This document shows positions 1-9,799 of a stretch of DNA of 64,000 nucleotides, one piece after another (the stretch's first letter is position 1; the number at the start of each line of letters is the position of its first letter). Both the position numbers and the translations under genes were made by a program. The stretch is from Arsenicicoccus sp. oral taxon 190 (GTDB lineage: Bacteria; Actinomycetota; Actinomycetes; Actinomycetales; Dermatophilaceae). The notes under the pieces are model-generated. The model did not search any database. It was not told where the DNA came from and saw only the letters and a list, made by a program, of their open reading frames with translations. The DNA lies in the NCBI RefSeq assembly GCF_001189535.1, contig NZ_CP012070.1, forward strand, positions 1,563,972 through 1,627,971, read 5' to 3'.

Positions 1-801
1 GTCGAAGCAGCCGACCTCGTCGGTCGGGCCGTAGCGGTTCTTGACGGCGCGCACGAGCCGCAGCCGGCTGTGCCGCTCGCCCTCGAACTGCACGACGACG
101 TCGACCAGGTGCTCCAGCACCCGCGGGCCGGCGATCGACCCGTCCTTGGTGACGTGGCCGACGAGCAGGGTCGCCATGTCGCGGCGCTTGGCGGCGGCGA
201 TGACGCTCGCGGCGACCTCGCGCACCTGGGAGACGTTGCCGGCGCTGCCCTCGACCTCGGCGGAGCTGATGGTCTGCACCGAGTCGACGATCAGCAGGTC
301 GGGGTGCACCGCCTCGACCTGCGCGAGGAGCGTCCCCAGATCGGTCTCGGAGGCGAGGTAGAGCCGGTCCGCGACGGCGCCGATCCGCTCGGCGCGCACC
401 CGCACCTGGGCGGCCGACTCCTCCCCGCTGACGTAGAGCACCGTGCCGCCCGCCTGCGCGACCTGGGCCGCCACGTCGAGCAACAGGGTGGACTTGCCGA
501 TGCCGGGATCGCCCGCGACGAGCACGACCGCGCCGGCCACCAGGCCACCACCCAGCACCCGGTCGAACTCCCCGACCCCGGTCGAGCGCGCCTCCGCCCG
601 CCGCCCGTCGACCTCGGCGATGGGGACGGCGGGGCGGTCGACATACGTCGCCGGCTGGGTCCGGATCGGGACCGCGCCCACCTCGCTGACCGAGCCCCAG
701 GCCTGGCACTCCCCGCAGCGGCCCACCCACTTGGGCGTTGTCCAGCCGCACTCCGAGCAGCGGAAGGTCGCCTTGGAGGTCTTGGTAGCAGGTCTGGCCA
801 T
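1..801 (-). CDS. radA: DNA repair protein RadA/Sms, N-terminal ~267 codons (gene continues 5' of window on + coordinates below 1; C-terminus lies outside window)
   Basis: Reverse-strand translation gives MARPATKTSKATFRCSECGWTTPKWVGRCGECQAWGSVSEV...GIGKSTLLLDVAAQ...KNRYGPTDEVGCFD; zinc-finger CxxC x2 and Walker A GIGKST; start ATG complement at 799-801. Confidence 0.9.
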   Translation of the reverse strand, partial: MARPATKTSKATFRCSECGWTTPKWVGRCGECQAWGSVSEVGAVPIRTQPATYVDRPAVPIAEVDGRRAEARSTGVGEFDRVLGGGLVAGAVVLVAGDPGIGKSTLLLDVAAQVAQAGGTVLYVSGEESAAQVRVRAERIGAVADRLYLASETDLGTLLAQVEAVHPDLLIVDSVQTISSAEVEGSAGNVSQVREVAASVIAAAKRRDMATLLVGHVTKDGSIAGPRVLEHLVDVVVQFEGERHSRLRLVRAVKNRYGPTDEVGCFD

Positions 802-859
802 GAGCGACAACCTAGACGGCGGCACCGACAGGCCCCCTCACCTGCCCGATGATGGGGCC

Positions 860-1366
860 ATGCACTTCACCGAGTACGACACCCGCGTGGCCGCCTACGC
901 CGCGATCCTCGAGAGGGATCACATCCTTCTGACCTGGTACAACGGGCTCGGTGGCCGCACCGCCTGCTGGACCCTGCCTGGTGGTGGTGTCGAGCTGGAC
1001 GAGCAGTGCGAGGAAGCCGTGGTCCGGGAGGTGCTGGAGGAGACCGGGCACACCATCCGACTCGGACGGGTGATCACGACGGCCAGCGTGGTGCGCCGCG
1101 AGCCAGGCCGCGAGCGCCCGTTCAAGGCGGTGCGGATCATCTACGCGGCGCAGATCACGGGCGGGCATCTGGGGACGACCGAGGTGGACGGATCCACGGA
1201 CCGGGCCGAGTGGGTGGCGCTCACCGACGTCGACGGTATGACGCCCCGCGCCGACGTGATCGACCACACCCTGGCCGCGCTGGGGATCGAGCCCGGACCA
1301 GCCCGACCTGAGCGGCTCGAAGCTCACGCGCCCCCAGGGATCACCCGCGGCGCCACCACACGTTGA
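860..1366 (+). CDS. NUDIX hydrolase
   Basis: ATG at 860; Nudix box GGGVELDEQCEEAVVREVLEETG; ends TGA 1364-1366. Confidence 0.75.
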   Translation: MHFTEYDTRVAAYAAILERDHILLTWYNGLGGRTACWTLPGGGVELDEQCEEAVVREVLEETGHTIRLGRVITTASVVRREPGRERPFKAVRIIYAAQITGGHLGTTEVDGSTDRAEWVALTDVDGMTPRADVIDHTLAALGIEPGPARPERLEAHAPPGITRGATTR

Positions 1367-2105
1367 CGGCGTAGTCGACCTCGGTCCCGTCGTGCCGGGC
1401 CAGGATCCAGTCGGACATGTGGGGCGTGAACTCCAGCCGCACCACCCGCTCGAGGTCCGCGCGCGTGCGGTGCGACCACCGGATGTCCACCTGCTCGCGC
1501 GACCACCCCTGTCGCCGCCAGAACCTCTCGACCGCCGCCGGGTCGTAGGTGGGCCACGCGCGCCGGAACCACTCCCCGAAGGTCGACCGCGTCGCGTCGT
1601 TGTCGATCACGAAAGCCGTTGACCCGGGCCGCAGCACGCGCGCCACCTCGGCGAGCCCGGGCTCGCACCCCGCGCCGAAGAAGTACGCCCAGCGGGCGTG
1701 CAGCACGTCCACGGAGCCGTCGGCCAGGGGCAGCGCCTGCGCGCCGGCCTGCACGACGGTCGCGTTGTCGATCCCCTGCTGTGCCAGACGTTCTCGTGCC
1801 CGTATGGCGAGCGGCCGGTGTGGCTCCGCCCCCACGACGTGGTCCGCGCTCGCCGCGAATCCCGGTAGGTGGTAGCCGGATCCGCACCCGACGTCGAGGA
1901 CCGTGAGGCCGTCCCAGCCGCGCTCGGGGTCGCGCCCGGCGAGCCGCAGCATGGTCGCCTCGAGCGCGCCGTCGGGGTCGACGCCGGCGTTCTCGAGCTC
2001 GTAGCCGTCGGGGTCGTCCCAGATGTTGGGGGACGGGATCGCCTCGGCCGCAAGCCGTTCCGCGCTCGGCTCGACCCACCCGTCACGGGATCGCTGCTCC
2101 ACCAC
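1341..2105 (-). CDS. class I SAM-dependent methyltransferase
   Basis: VLDVGCGSGYH motif (SAM binding), full ORF 254 aa. Confidence 0.8.
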   Translation of the reverse strand: MVEQRSRDGWVEPSAERLAAEAIPSPNIWDDPDGYELENAGVDPDGALEATMLRLAGRDPERGWDGLTVLDVGCGSGYHLPGFAASADHVVGAEPHRPLAIRARERLAQQGIDNATVVQAGAQALPLADGSVDVLHARWAYFFGAGCEPGLAEVARVLRPGSTAFVIDNDATRSTFGEWFRRAWPTYDPAAVERFWRRQGWSREQVDIRWSHRTRADLERVVRLEFTPHMSDWILARHDGTEVDYAVNVWWRRG

Positions 2106-2111
2106 CGGATC

Positions 2112-2960
2112 TCACCGCCGCTTGCGGGTGACCGCGCCCTCGCCCTGCGCCTCCAGCGTGGCGGGGTGCACGAGCAGCGGCAGCAGCTTGCGGGCCCCCG
2201 ACGCGCGGGCGGCCTTGACCGCGGCGAGCTGCGCCTCGCAGCGGATGACGAGCTCGTCGTAGGCCGCGTCGCCCATCAGCTCGCGCAGCTCGCCCTCGTT
2301 GGAGCGGTAGACCGGCTCCCGCCCGACGTGGGCCTGCGGGTTGCCGGAGCAGTACCAGTCCAGGTCGTGCCCCCCGGGCCCCCAGCCGCGGCGGTCGAAC
2401 TCGCCGATCGAGATCTCGAGCTGGCTGGACCCGTCGGGCATCTCGACGGTGCGGTAGGACCGCCGGATCGGCAGCTGCCAGCAGACGTCGGGCTTGACGG
2501 TGTGCGGCGCCTCGCCGTGCTCGACGGCCCACTGGTGCAACGAGCAGCCATGCCCACCAGGGAATCCCGGCCGGTTGAGGAAGACGCAGGCCCCGTCGAC
2601 CACGCGCGTCTTGAGCTCCCCGTCCTCACGCTCCAGCCATCCCTCCAGGGGCTCCTCACCCGCGCGAGCCTTCCCGGAGGACAGACCCGTCGAGCGGTGC
2701 TGCCAGCGCTCGGCCGGCATCCGCCGGGCGATCCGCCGCACCCGCTCGACGTCGTCCGCGTCCGTGAAGTGCGCGCCGAGCGTGCAGCACCCGTCGTCGG
2801 GGCGTTCGGCATACACACCGGCGCAGCCGGCGCCGTAGATGCAGGTCCACCGTGAGGTCAGCCAGGTGAGGTCGCACCGGTACCGCTGCTCGGGGTCGGC
2901 GGGGTCGGTGAACTCGATCCAGGTGCGCGGGATGTCCAGCGGGGTTTCGGGCACCGGCAC
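2112..2960 (-). CDS. conserved actinobacterial hypothetical protein, Cys-rich (Rv0495c-like position upstream of ppx); start uncertain (GTG at 2960 or 2954)
   Basis: Long - strand ORF; C-terminal 280 aa coherent ([20 protein letters not shown]...); upstream part of the 626-aa ORF overlaps ppx on the other strand and is rejected. Confidence 0.55.
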   Translation of the reverse strand: MPVPETPLDIPRTWIEFTDPADPEQRYRCDLTWLTSRWTCIYGAGCAGVYAERPDDGCCTLGAHFTDADDVERVRRIARRMPAERWQHRSTGLSSGKARAGEEPLEGWLEREDGELKTRVVDGACVFLNRPGFPGGHGCSLHQWAVEHGEAPHTVKPDVCWQLPIRRSYRTVEMPDGSSQLEISIGEFDRRGWGPGGHDLDWYCSGNPQAHVGREPVYRSNEGELRELMGDAAYDELVIRCEAQLAAVKAARASGARKLLPLLVHPATLEAQGEGAVTRKRR

Positions 2961-2996
2961 ACGATACGGCGGTCCCGGTGGTCTACCGTCGTGCGC

Positions 2997-3929
2997 ATGC
3001 GCCTGGGAGTGATCGACATCGGGTCCAACACCGTCCACATGCTCGTCGTCGACGCCCACTGGGGGGCTCGGCCGTTGCCGGCCGTCAGCCACAAGATGGA
3101 GCTGCGGCTGTCGGAGCACACCGACGAGCAGGGGCACATCGACAAGCAGGGCGTCCGCTCCCTGGAGAAGTTCGCGGGGGAGTGCCTGCGGATCGTCGAG
3201 GACCAGGGCGTGGCGCGGGTGATGGGCTTCGTCACCAGCGCGATCCGGGAGGCGGGCAACGGCGACGGCGTGCTCGCGATGGTCCGGGAGAGCACCGGCG
3301 CCGACCTGCAGATCCTCTCGGGGGCGGACGAGGCGCGGCTGACGTTCCTGGCGGTGCGGCGGTGGTTCGGGTGGTCCAGCGGGCGGCTGCTCGTGGTCGA
3401 CATCGGCGGCGGCTCGCTGGAGATCGCCGCGGGTCTCGACGAGGACCCGGACGTCGCGGTGTCCTTCGAGCTCGGCGCCGGCCGGGTGACCCGCACCATG
3501 CTGCAGGGTGACCCGCCCTCCCCGGAGCTCGTCCGGGAGGTCCGCCGCCGGATCCGCACCACCATCGCCCGCGACATGCGCGAGCTGACCAAGGCCGGCG
3601 CGCCCGACCTGGCCGTGGGCACCTCCAAGACCATGCGGACCCTGGCCCGGGTGCTCGGGGCGGCGCCCTCCAGCGAGGGTGCGCAGGTCAAGCGGCACCT
3701 CGAGCGGGAGGCGCTCGCGGACCTGGTCCCGCGGCTGGCCGGCATGACCGCCGGGCAGCGTGCGGCGCTCCCCGGGGTGTCGGCGAGCCGCGCCCACCAG
3801 CTGCTCGCCGGGGCGCTGGTGGCCGAGGCCGCCATGGACCTGCTGCAGCTGGAGCGCCTGGAGATCTGCCCGTGGGCGCTGCGGGAGGGCGTCATCCTCA
3901 ACGAGCTCGACCTCATGCGGATGGAGTAG
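2997..3929 (+). CDS. ppx: exopolyphosphatase / guanosine pentaphosphate phosphohydrolase (Ppx/GppA family)
   Basis: [18 protein letters not shown]... Ppx/GppA N-terminal ASKHA fold motifs; ATG 2997 (GTG 2991 also possible). Confidence 0.85.
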   Translation: MRLGVIDIGSNTVHMLVVDAHWGARPLPAVSHKMELRLSEHTDEQGHIDKQGVRSLEKFAGECLRIVEDQGVARVMGFVTSAIREAGNGDGVLAMVRESTGADLQILSGADEARLTFLAVRRWFGWSSGRLLVVDIGGGSLEIAAGLDEDPDVAVSFELGAGRVTRTMLQGDPPSPELVREVRRRIRTTIARDMRELTKAGAPDLAVGTSKTMRTLARVLGAAPSSEGAQVKRHLEREALADLVPRLAGMTAGQRAALPGVSASRAHQLLAGALVAEAAMDLLQLERLEICPWALREGVILNELDLMRME

Positions 3930-3951
3930 CGGCGGGGTTAGGCTCGCAGGC

Positions 3952-4782
3952 GTGACTGTTCCGAGGCCAGAGCCCCGCGTGGCGCTGTCCACCTCCTCCG
4001 TCTACCCGGAGCGGGTGAGCGACGCGTTCCGGATCGCGGAGGAGCTGGGCTACGACGGCGTCGAGGTCATGGTCTACACCGACCCGGTCTCCCAGGACGC
4101 CGCCGCCCTGCGGGACCTGTCGCAGCGCCACCAGCTGCCGATCGTCTCGATCCACGCCCCGACGCTGCTGCTCACCCAGCGGGTCATGCACGCGGCCCCC
4201 TGGCCCAAGATCGACCTGTCCATCGAGCTGGCCCGCGAGGTCGGGTGCGACACCGTGGTGGTGCACCCGCCGTTCCGCTGGCAGCGGGTCTACGCGCGGG
4301 AGTTCGTCGACGGGGTGGCGCTGCGCGAGCACGAGACGGGCGTCACCATCGCCGTCGAGAACATGTACCCCTGGCGTGCCGGCGACCGTTACGTCCAGGC
4401 CTACCTGCCCCACTGGGACCCGGTCGAGCAGCCCTACGACCACGTCACGCTCGACCTGTCCCACGCGGCGACGGCCCGCGAGGACTCCCTGGAGATGGCG
4501 CAGGCCCTCGGCGGCAGGCTCCACCACGTCCACCTGACCGACGGCCTGGGGTCGGCGCTGGACGAGCACCTCGTGCCCGGGCGTGGCTCGCAGCCCGCCA
4601 AGGAGCTGCTGCAGCACCTGAGCGCCCAGGAGTTCGGCGGATCGGTGGTGGTGGAGGTCAGCACCCGCCGCGGGACCCCCCACCAGCGCCGCGAGGACCT
4701 CGCCGAGTCCCTCGCCTTCGCCCGTCGATACCTGGCCCCCGCCGCGCCCGCCTCGTCCGGCGCGTCCGCCGGCGCACCATGA
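3952..4782 (+). CDS. sugar phosphate isomerase/epimerase (xylose-isomerase-like TIM barrel)
   Basis: GTG 3952; GYDGVEV...IAVENM motif typical of AP-endonuclease 2/Xyl isomerase-like TIM barrel; stop overlaps next start (ATGA at 4779). Confidence 0.8.
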   Translation: MTVPRPEPRVALSTSSVYPERVSDAFRIAEELGYDGVEVMVYTDPVSQDAAALRDLSQRHQLPIVSIHAPTLLLTQRVMHAAPWPKIDLSIELAREVGCDTVVVHPPFRWQRVYAREFVDGVALREHETGVTIAVENMYPWRAGDRYVQAYLPHWDPVEQPYDHVTLDLSHAATAREDSLEMAQALGGRLHHVHLTDGLGSALDEHLVPGRGSQPAKELLQHLSAQEFGGSVVVEVSTRRGTPHQRREDLAESLAFARRYLAPAAPASSGASAGAP

Positions 4783-5357
4783 GCCCCCGGGGCCGTCGGC
4801 CCGCGGGGGAGGACGCCCGGGCGGACATCGTCCGGGCCGCGCGCGAGGAGTTCGCCGCCAAGGGGTATGACGCCACCTCGCTACGCGCCGTCGCCCGGGC
4901 GGCCGGCGTGGACCCGGCCCTCGTGCACCACTACTTCGACGGCAAGCCCGACCTCTTCACCGCGACCCTGGACCTGCCGGTCAACCCGCGGCGCCGCATC
5001 GACGAGGTCCTGCAGCTGCCCCACGACCAGCTGGGGGCGGCGGTGGTCCGGGTCTTCCTGTCGGTGTGGGACTCGCCCGAGGGGCGCGACCGGATGGCGG
5101 CGCTGCTGCGCTCGGTGGCGAGCCACGACGCGGCCGCACGGCTGCTGCGGGAGTTCGTCGTGCGCGAGGTGGTGGGGCGGCTGGCGGCGCACGTGTCGCC
5201 GCAGCGCGTCGACGCGCGGGCCGCGCTGGTCGGCTCCCAGCTGATCGGGCTCGCCATGCTGCGCTACGTCCTCGAGGTGCCCGGCGTCGCCGAGGCGTCC
5301 GTCGAAGACCTGGTCCGCGACGTCGGCCCCACCGTGCAGCGCTACCTGGAGCTCTAG
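4779..5357 (+). CDS. TetR/AcrR family transcriptional regulator
   Basis: N-terminal HTH RADIVRAAREEFAAKGYDATSLRAVARAAGVDPALVHHYF. Confidence 0.85.
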   Translation: MSPRGRRPAGEDARADIVRAAREEFAAKGYDATSLRAVARAAGVDPALVHHYFDGKPDLFTATLDLPVNPRRRIDEVLQLPHDQLGAAVVRVFLSVWDSPEGRDRMAALLRSVASHDAAARLLREFVVREVVGRLAAHVSPQRVDARAALVGSQLIGLAMLRYVLEVPGVAEASVEDLVRDVGPTVQRYLEL

Positions 5358-5383
5358 TCCCTCGACCGGGCGGGTCGGGTTGC

Positions 5384-5470
5384 CGACCACCACGTGACCC
5401 AAGGGTGTGGTTGTGGTCGGTATGCCGCCCGGTGGCGACCACGACGTGGCCCAAGGGTGTGGTTGTGGTC
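5384..5470. promoter_or_regulatory. two 37-bp direct repeats (GACCACSACGTGRCCCAAGGGTGTGGTTGTGGTCGGT) each with internal dyad symmetry; candidate TetR operator pair upstream of ABC exporter
   Basis: 5384-5420 and 5434-5470 nearly identical (2 mismatches), 50 bp apart, located between TetR stop and ABC start. Confidence 0.45.
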
Positions 5471-5547
5471 GGTCTTGCGCGAACCCAGTCGCGCCCGCCG
5501 AGGGTCAGGCTCTTGTCGGGGCGGCCATGCAACGCTAAATTCATCAC

Positions 5548-6427
5548 ATGATGAAAAATCATCGAGGGCGCCACGAGCCCGGCACCGTCCCCACGGACGA
5601 CGCCGTCGCGATCGCGGTGCGCGGCCTGGTCGTCCGGCGTGGACCTCGCGAGGTCCTGCACGGGATCGACCTGATGGTCCCGACCGGGCAGGTCGTCGGC
5701 CTGCTCGGTCCGTCCGGTGGCGGCAAGTCCACCCTCATGCGCTCGATCGTCGGGGTGCAGATCACCCATGGCGGCGAGATCCTGGTGCTCGGCCGGCCCG
5801 CCGGGTCGCCGGAGCTGCGCCGGGAGCTCGGCTACACGACCCAGTCGCCGAGCGTCTACGACGACCTGTCCGTGCACGACAACGTCGCCTACTTCGCTCG
5901 CCTCCTGCTCCAGGGCGGCAGGGGCGGCAGGGGCGGCAAAGACGGGACGGAAGGCAGGGGCGGCAAGGACGGGACGGACGTCGAGGCGGAAGTGGCCCGG
6001 GTCCTGGACCTGGTGGGACCTCACCAGCCACGCCCACGACCACGCCCGCAACCTCTCCGGCGGCCAGCGCAGCCGCGCCTCGCTGGCCTGCTCCCTCGTC
6101 GGCAACCCGCGGCTGCTCGTCCTCGACGAGCCCACCGTCGGGCTCGACCCGGTGCTGCGCCGCAGCCTGTGGGACCTCTTCCACCGGCTGGCCGACACCG
6201 GGGTCACGCTGCTGGTGTCCAGCCACGTCATGGACGAGGCCGCCCGCTGCGACCGGTTGGTGCTGGTGCGCGACGGCGAGATCCTGGCGGACTCGACCTA
6301 CCCCGATCTGCTCAGCGACACCGGCGCCACCGACGCCGAGCAGGCCTTCCTCACCCTCATCGACCGGGTCGACGGGACACGGGTCGACGGCACACGGGTC
6401 GACGGCATACGGCAGGAGCGCTCATGA
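5548..6427 (+). pseudogene. ABC transporter ATP-binding protein with apparent +1 frameshift (extra G in GGG run at ~6015-6017) and internal Gly-rich tandem-repeat insertion
   Basis: Walker A GPSGGGKST and Q-loop in frame 5548; signature LSGGQ, Walker B LLVLDEPT, H-loop in frame 5717; join at CTGGTGGGACCTC where CTGGTGGACCTC (LVDL) expected. Confidence 0.7.
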
Positions 6428-7158
6428 ACCCCCGGCTCACCCTCGTGACGGCCCACCGGATCCTCACCCAGATCCGCTCCGACCGGCGCACCATCGCCCT
6501 GATGCTCGTCGTCCCCTGCGTGCTGCTGGGGCTGCTGGCGTGGCTCTACGACGGCACCCCCGTCTTCGACGCGGTCGGACCCGCCCTGCTCGGCGTGTTC
6601 CCCTTCGTGGTGATGTTCATCGTCACGAGCATCACCACCCTGCGCGAGCGGGCCTCCGGGACGATGGAGCGGCTGTGGACCACGCCCCTCGGCAAGGGCG
6701 ACCTGCTCGCCGGCTATGCCCTGGCCTTCGGGGCGTTCGCGCTGGTCCAGGCCCTGGTGGCGACCGCCTTCGCGGTCTGGGTGTGCGGGCTGGAGGTGCG
6801 CGGGTCGCTGGCGCTGCTGGTCGTGGTGGCCGTCGTCGACGCGATCCTCGGCAGCACCTTCGGGCTCTTCGTCTCGGCCTTCGCGACGACGGAGTTCCAG
6901 GCGGTGCAGTTCATGCCGGCCTTCGTGCTGCCGCAGTTCCTGCTGTGCGGGCTGCTGACCCCGCGGGACGCCATGCCCACCGTCCTGTCCCGGGTCAGCG
7001 ACGTCCTGCCCCTCAGCTATGCCGTCGACGCGATGCAGACGATCAGCCGACGCAGCGACGGCACCGGCGACATCTGGCGCGACGTGGCGGTCATGGCGGT
7101 CTTCGTCGTCGCCGCGATCGCGCTCGGGGCCGCGACGCTGCGCCGCAGGACCGCCTGA
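6424..7158 (+). CDS. ABC-2 type transporter permease
   Basis: ATG overlaps ATPase stop (ATGA 6424-6427); 6 predicted TM helices; ABC-2 family features. Confidence 0.8.
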   Translation: MNPRLTLVTAHRILTQIRSDRRTIALMLVVPCVLLGLLAWLYDGTPVFDAVGPALLGVFPFVVMFIVTSITTLRERASGTMERLWTTPLGKGDLLAGYALAFGAFALVQALVATAFAVWVCGLEVRGSLALLVVVAVVDAILGSTFGLFVSAFATTEFQAVQFMPAFVLPQFLLCGLLTPRDAMPTVLSRVSDVLPLSYAVDAMQTISRRSDGTGDIWRDVAVMAVFVVAAIALGAATLRRRTA

Positions 7159-7176
7159 CGGTCTAGCCTGGGGCGC

Positions 7177-8130
7177 ATGTTGGAGCTCGGGGACGCCCTG
7201 CGCGTCGCATCCCTGCGGATGGCGCGGCTCGGTCGCGTCCAGTCGGTGATCGAGGACTCGCCGGGCACCCGGGACATCCTCGGGCGCTACATCGCCGGGG
7301 ACTCCACCGGCTCGGCCCTCGACGCCGCGCGCGACCTGATGCAGACCGGGCGCGCCGTCACGGTGGCCTACCTCGGGCCCGACGCCGACTCGCGCTCGCG
7401 CAGCGACGCCACGGTGCGCGAGCACCTCCAGCTCGTCGCGGAGGCGGGGCGTCGCCGGCTGACGACCGACCACGACCTCGAGCTCAGCGTCCGGCCCCAG
7501 GCCTTCGGCCGGCTCGACCAGGAGACCGGGCGGGCGCTCGCGCTGTCGCAGCTGCAGCAGGTCGCCCGGGCCGCCCACAACGCGGGCGTCGAGCTGACCC
7601 TCGACATGGAGGGGCTCGAGACCGTCGCCCCGACCCTGGAGATCGCCGAGCGCCTGCGGGCCGACCTGCCGAGCGTCGGCGTCACCGTGCAGGCCGCCCT
7701 GCTGCGCACCGAGCAGGACTGCCGTGACCTGGCGGCCGCCGGCGCCCGGGTCCGGCTGGTCAAGGGCGCCTACAAGCTCGACGAGCGCAAGTCCTTCGAC
7801 GCGGCCCCCGACGTCGACCGGTCCTACGTGCGGTGCCTGCGGATCCTCATGGCGGGCGAGGGCTACCCGATGGTGGCCACCCACGACCCGCGCATCACCG
7901 ACATCGCCGGCGCCCTGGCCCGGGAGGTGGGACGCGGGCCCGACCGTTACGAGTACCAGATGTACCTCGGCATCCGCCCCCTGGAGCAGACCGCCATCGC
8001 CGACCGCGGCGAGCGCATGCGCGTCTACGTCGCCTACGGCCCGGCCTGGTACTCCTACCTCGTGCGCCGCGTCGCCGAGCGCCCCGCCAACGTCACCTTC
8101 TTCCTCCGGTCGCTGCTGTCCCGCCGGTAG
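7177..8130 (+). CDS. proline dehydrogenase
   Basis: 317 aa, PutA-like proline dehydrogenase family similarity (LVKGAYK..., MVATHD motifs); immediately upstream of proC. Confidence 0.85.
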   Translation: MLELGDALRVASLRMARLGRVQSVIEDSPGTRDILGRYIAGDSTGSALDAARDLMQTGRAVTVAYLGPDADSRSRSDATVREHLQLVAEAGRRRLTTDHDLELSVRPQAFGRLDQETGRALALSQLQQVARAAHNAGVELTLDMEGLETVAPTLEIAERLRADLPSVGVTVQAALLRTEQDCRDLAAAGARVRLVKGAYKLDERKSFDAAPDVDRSYVRCLRILMAGEGYPMVATHDPRITDIAGALAREVGRGPDRYEYQMYLGIRPLEQTAIADRGERMRVYVAYGPAWYSYLVRRVAERPANVTFFLRSLLSRR

Positions 8131-8215
8131 GGCCTGTCGGTGGCCTTCGGCATACTGACGCTGTCGACCCGACCACCGAGCGCCGGCCATCGCGCGCCGA
8201 GCGAAGGAGACCGCC

Positions 8216-9037
8216 ATGACAGACCTCAGCGCGCGCACCGTCGCGTTCTACGGCGTGGGAGCCATGGGCTCCGCGCTGCTCGCCGCGCTGGTCGGGGGCG
8301 ACCACCCGGCGGACCAGGTGGTCGCGGTGGACGCGCACCCTCCGGCGCTCGACCGGCTGCGGGAGGCGTATGCCGTCCGCACGACGTCCGACCTGGCCGA
8401 GGCTGCGCGCGCCGCCGACGTGCACGTGGTGGCGGTCAAGCCGGGTGACGTACCGGGGCTGCTGGCGACGCTGGCCGAGCACCTCGGCGGCGACGACCTC
8501 GTCGTCAGCGTCGCGGCCGGGGTGACCAGCCAGGCGCTCGAGGAGGCGCTGCCCGACGACGTCGCCGTGGTGCGGGTCATGCCCAACACCCCCGCCCTGG
8601 TCGGGCAGGGGATGGCGGTGGTGAGCCCCGGCAGCCGCTGCTCCGAGGAGCAGCTCGAGCTGGCCCAGCGGGTGCTGGCGCCGTCCGGGCAGGTCCTGGC
8701 GCTGCCCGAGAAGCACCTGGACGCGGTCACGGGCGTCAGCGGCTCGGGCCCGGCCTACGCGTTCTACCTGGCCGAGGCCATGACCGAGGGTGGCGTCCTG
8801 CAGGGGCTGCCCCGCGAGGTCGCCGCGACGCTGGCGGCGCAGACCCTCCTCGGCGCGGCCACCATGCTGGTCGAGGGTGAGGACTCCCCGAGCGTGCTGC
8901 GCGAGCGCGTGAGCTCGCCGGGCGGGACCACGATGGCCGCCCTGGCGGAGCTCGACGAGCGGGCCGTGCGGGCCGCCGTCGTCGCCGCGGTCCGGCGGGC
9001 CACCGAGCGCTCCGCCGAGCTGGGCCGAGCGCGCTAA
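8216..9037 (+). CDS. proC: pyrroline-5-carboxylate reductase
   Basis: N-terminal Rossmann VAFYGVGAMGSALLAAL; SSPGGTT motif; RBS GAAGGAGA upstream. Confidence 0.9.
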   Translation: MTDLSARTVAFYGVGAMGSALLAALVGGDHPADQVVAVDAHPPALDRLREAYAVRTTSDLAEAARAADVHVVAVKPGDVPGLLATLAEHLGGDDLVVSVAAGVTSQALEEALPDDVAVVRVMPNTPALVGQGMAVVSPGSRCSEEQLELAQRVLAPSGQVLALPEKHLDAVTGVSGSGPAYAFYLAEAMTEGGVLQGLPREVAATLAAQTLLGAATMLVEGEDSPSVLRERVSSPGGTTMAALAELDERAVRAAVVAAVRRATERSAELGRAR

Positions 9038-9120
9038 CGAGCGCACTGCCAAGGTCATTGAAAAAGCAAACCGACGAGCGCACTGACGAGACCACTCCCG
9101 AGCTCACTGAGAGCCACTGA

Positions 9121-9137
9121 CGGGCCGCTGAGCGGCC
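9121..9137 (+). terminator. GC hairpin GGGCCGC-TGA-GCGGCCC downstream of proC (putative intrinsic terminator, no U-tract)
   Basis: perfect 7-bp inverted repeat with 3-nt loop 84 bp after proC stop. Confidence 0.35.
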
Positions 9138-9178
9138 CTCCAACCCGGTGTAGCCCCGCCACGAGGGGGCATGAAAGG

Positions 9179-9742
9179 ATGCGGGACATGACCGAGCTGA
9201 CCGTGCGCGTGCTGACCGACGACGACTGGGACCTCTACAAGTCGTTCCGCCTGGCCGCGCTCCAGGACTCGCCCGACGCGTTCGCGGCGACCTACGAGGA
9301 CGAGCACGCCTTCGGCGACGAGGTCTGGCACGACCGCATGGAGCGCGCCACCCGGTTGCTGGCCGAGCTCGAGGGGCAGCAGGTCGGCGTGGCGAGCGTG
9401 CGGGCGCAGGCCCCCCGGGAGGGCACCGACGACGCCATGGCCGAGTTCTTCGGCATGTGGGTCCACCCCGACCACCGCGGCCGCGGCGTCGCCGTCGAGC
9501 TGGTGCGGGCGGCCGCGGGCATCGCCCGGTCCATGGACTGCCGGCACCTGTCCTACTGGGTGAGCACCGACAACGGCCCGGCGGTGGCCTTCGCGAGCGC
9601 CTACGGCTTCCGGGTCACCGACACCCGGCGCCCGATGGTGGCGCGGGGTCAGGAGCCCGACGAGGACGCCGACGACGAGATGATGATGATCCTGCCGCTC
9701 GCCGACGACCCCGGCTCCGTCGCCAGCACCGTCGTGCGCTGA
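9179..9742 (+). CDS. GNAT family N-acetyltransferase
   Basis: acetyl-CoA binding motif HRGRGVAVELVRAA; 187 aa. Confidence 0.8.
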   Translation: MRDMTELTVRVLTDDDWDLYKSFRLAALQDSPDAFAATYEDEHAFGDEVWHDRMERATRLLAELEGQQVGVASVRAQAPREGTDDAMAEFFGMWVHPDHRGRGVAVELVRAAAGIARSMDCRHLSYWVSTDNGPAVAFASAYGFRVTDTRRPMVARGQEPDEDADDEMMMILPLADDPGSVASTVVR

Positions 9743-9799
9743 GGGCCGCGCACCGGCCCTCGCCGTGCCACCGCCGCGGACGGCGGGTACGGTCGGCTC

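Noticed and set aside
2112-3992. Single 626-aa minus-strand ORF
   Set aside because: Only the C-terminal ~280 codons (2112-2960) are coherent. The rest overlaps ppx on the other strand and reads as low-complexity.
6298-8238. 646-aa minus-strand ORF antisense to the ABC permease, proline dehydrogenase and proC
   Set aside because: No start-proximal homology and Arg/Gly/Pro-rich composition typical of antisense frames in high-GC DNA. It is fully overlapped by well-supported plus-strand genes.
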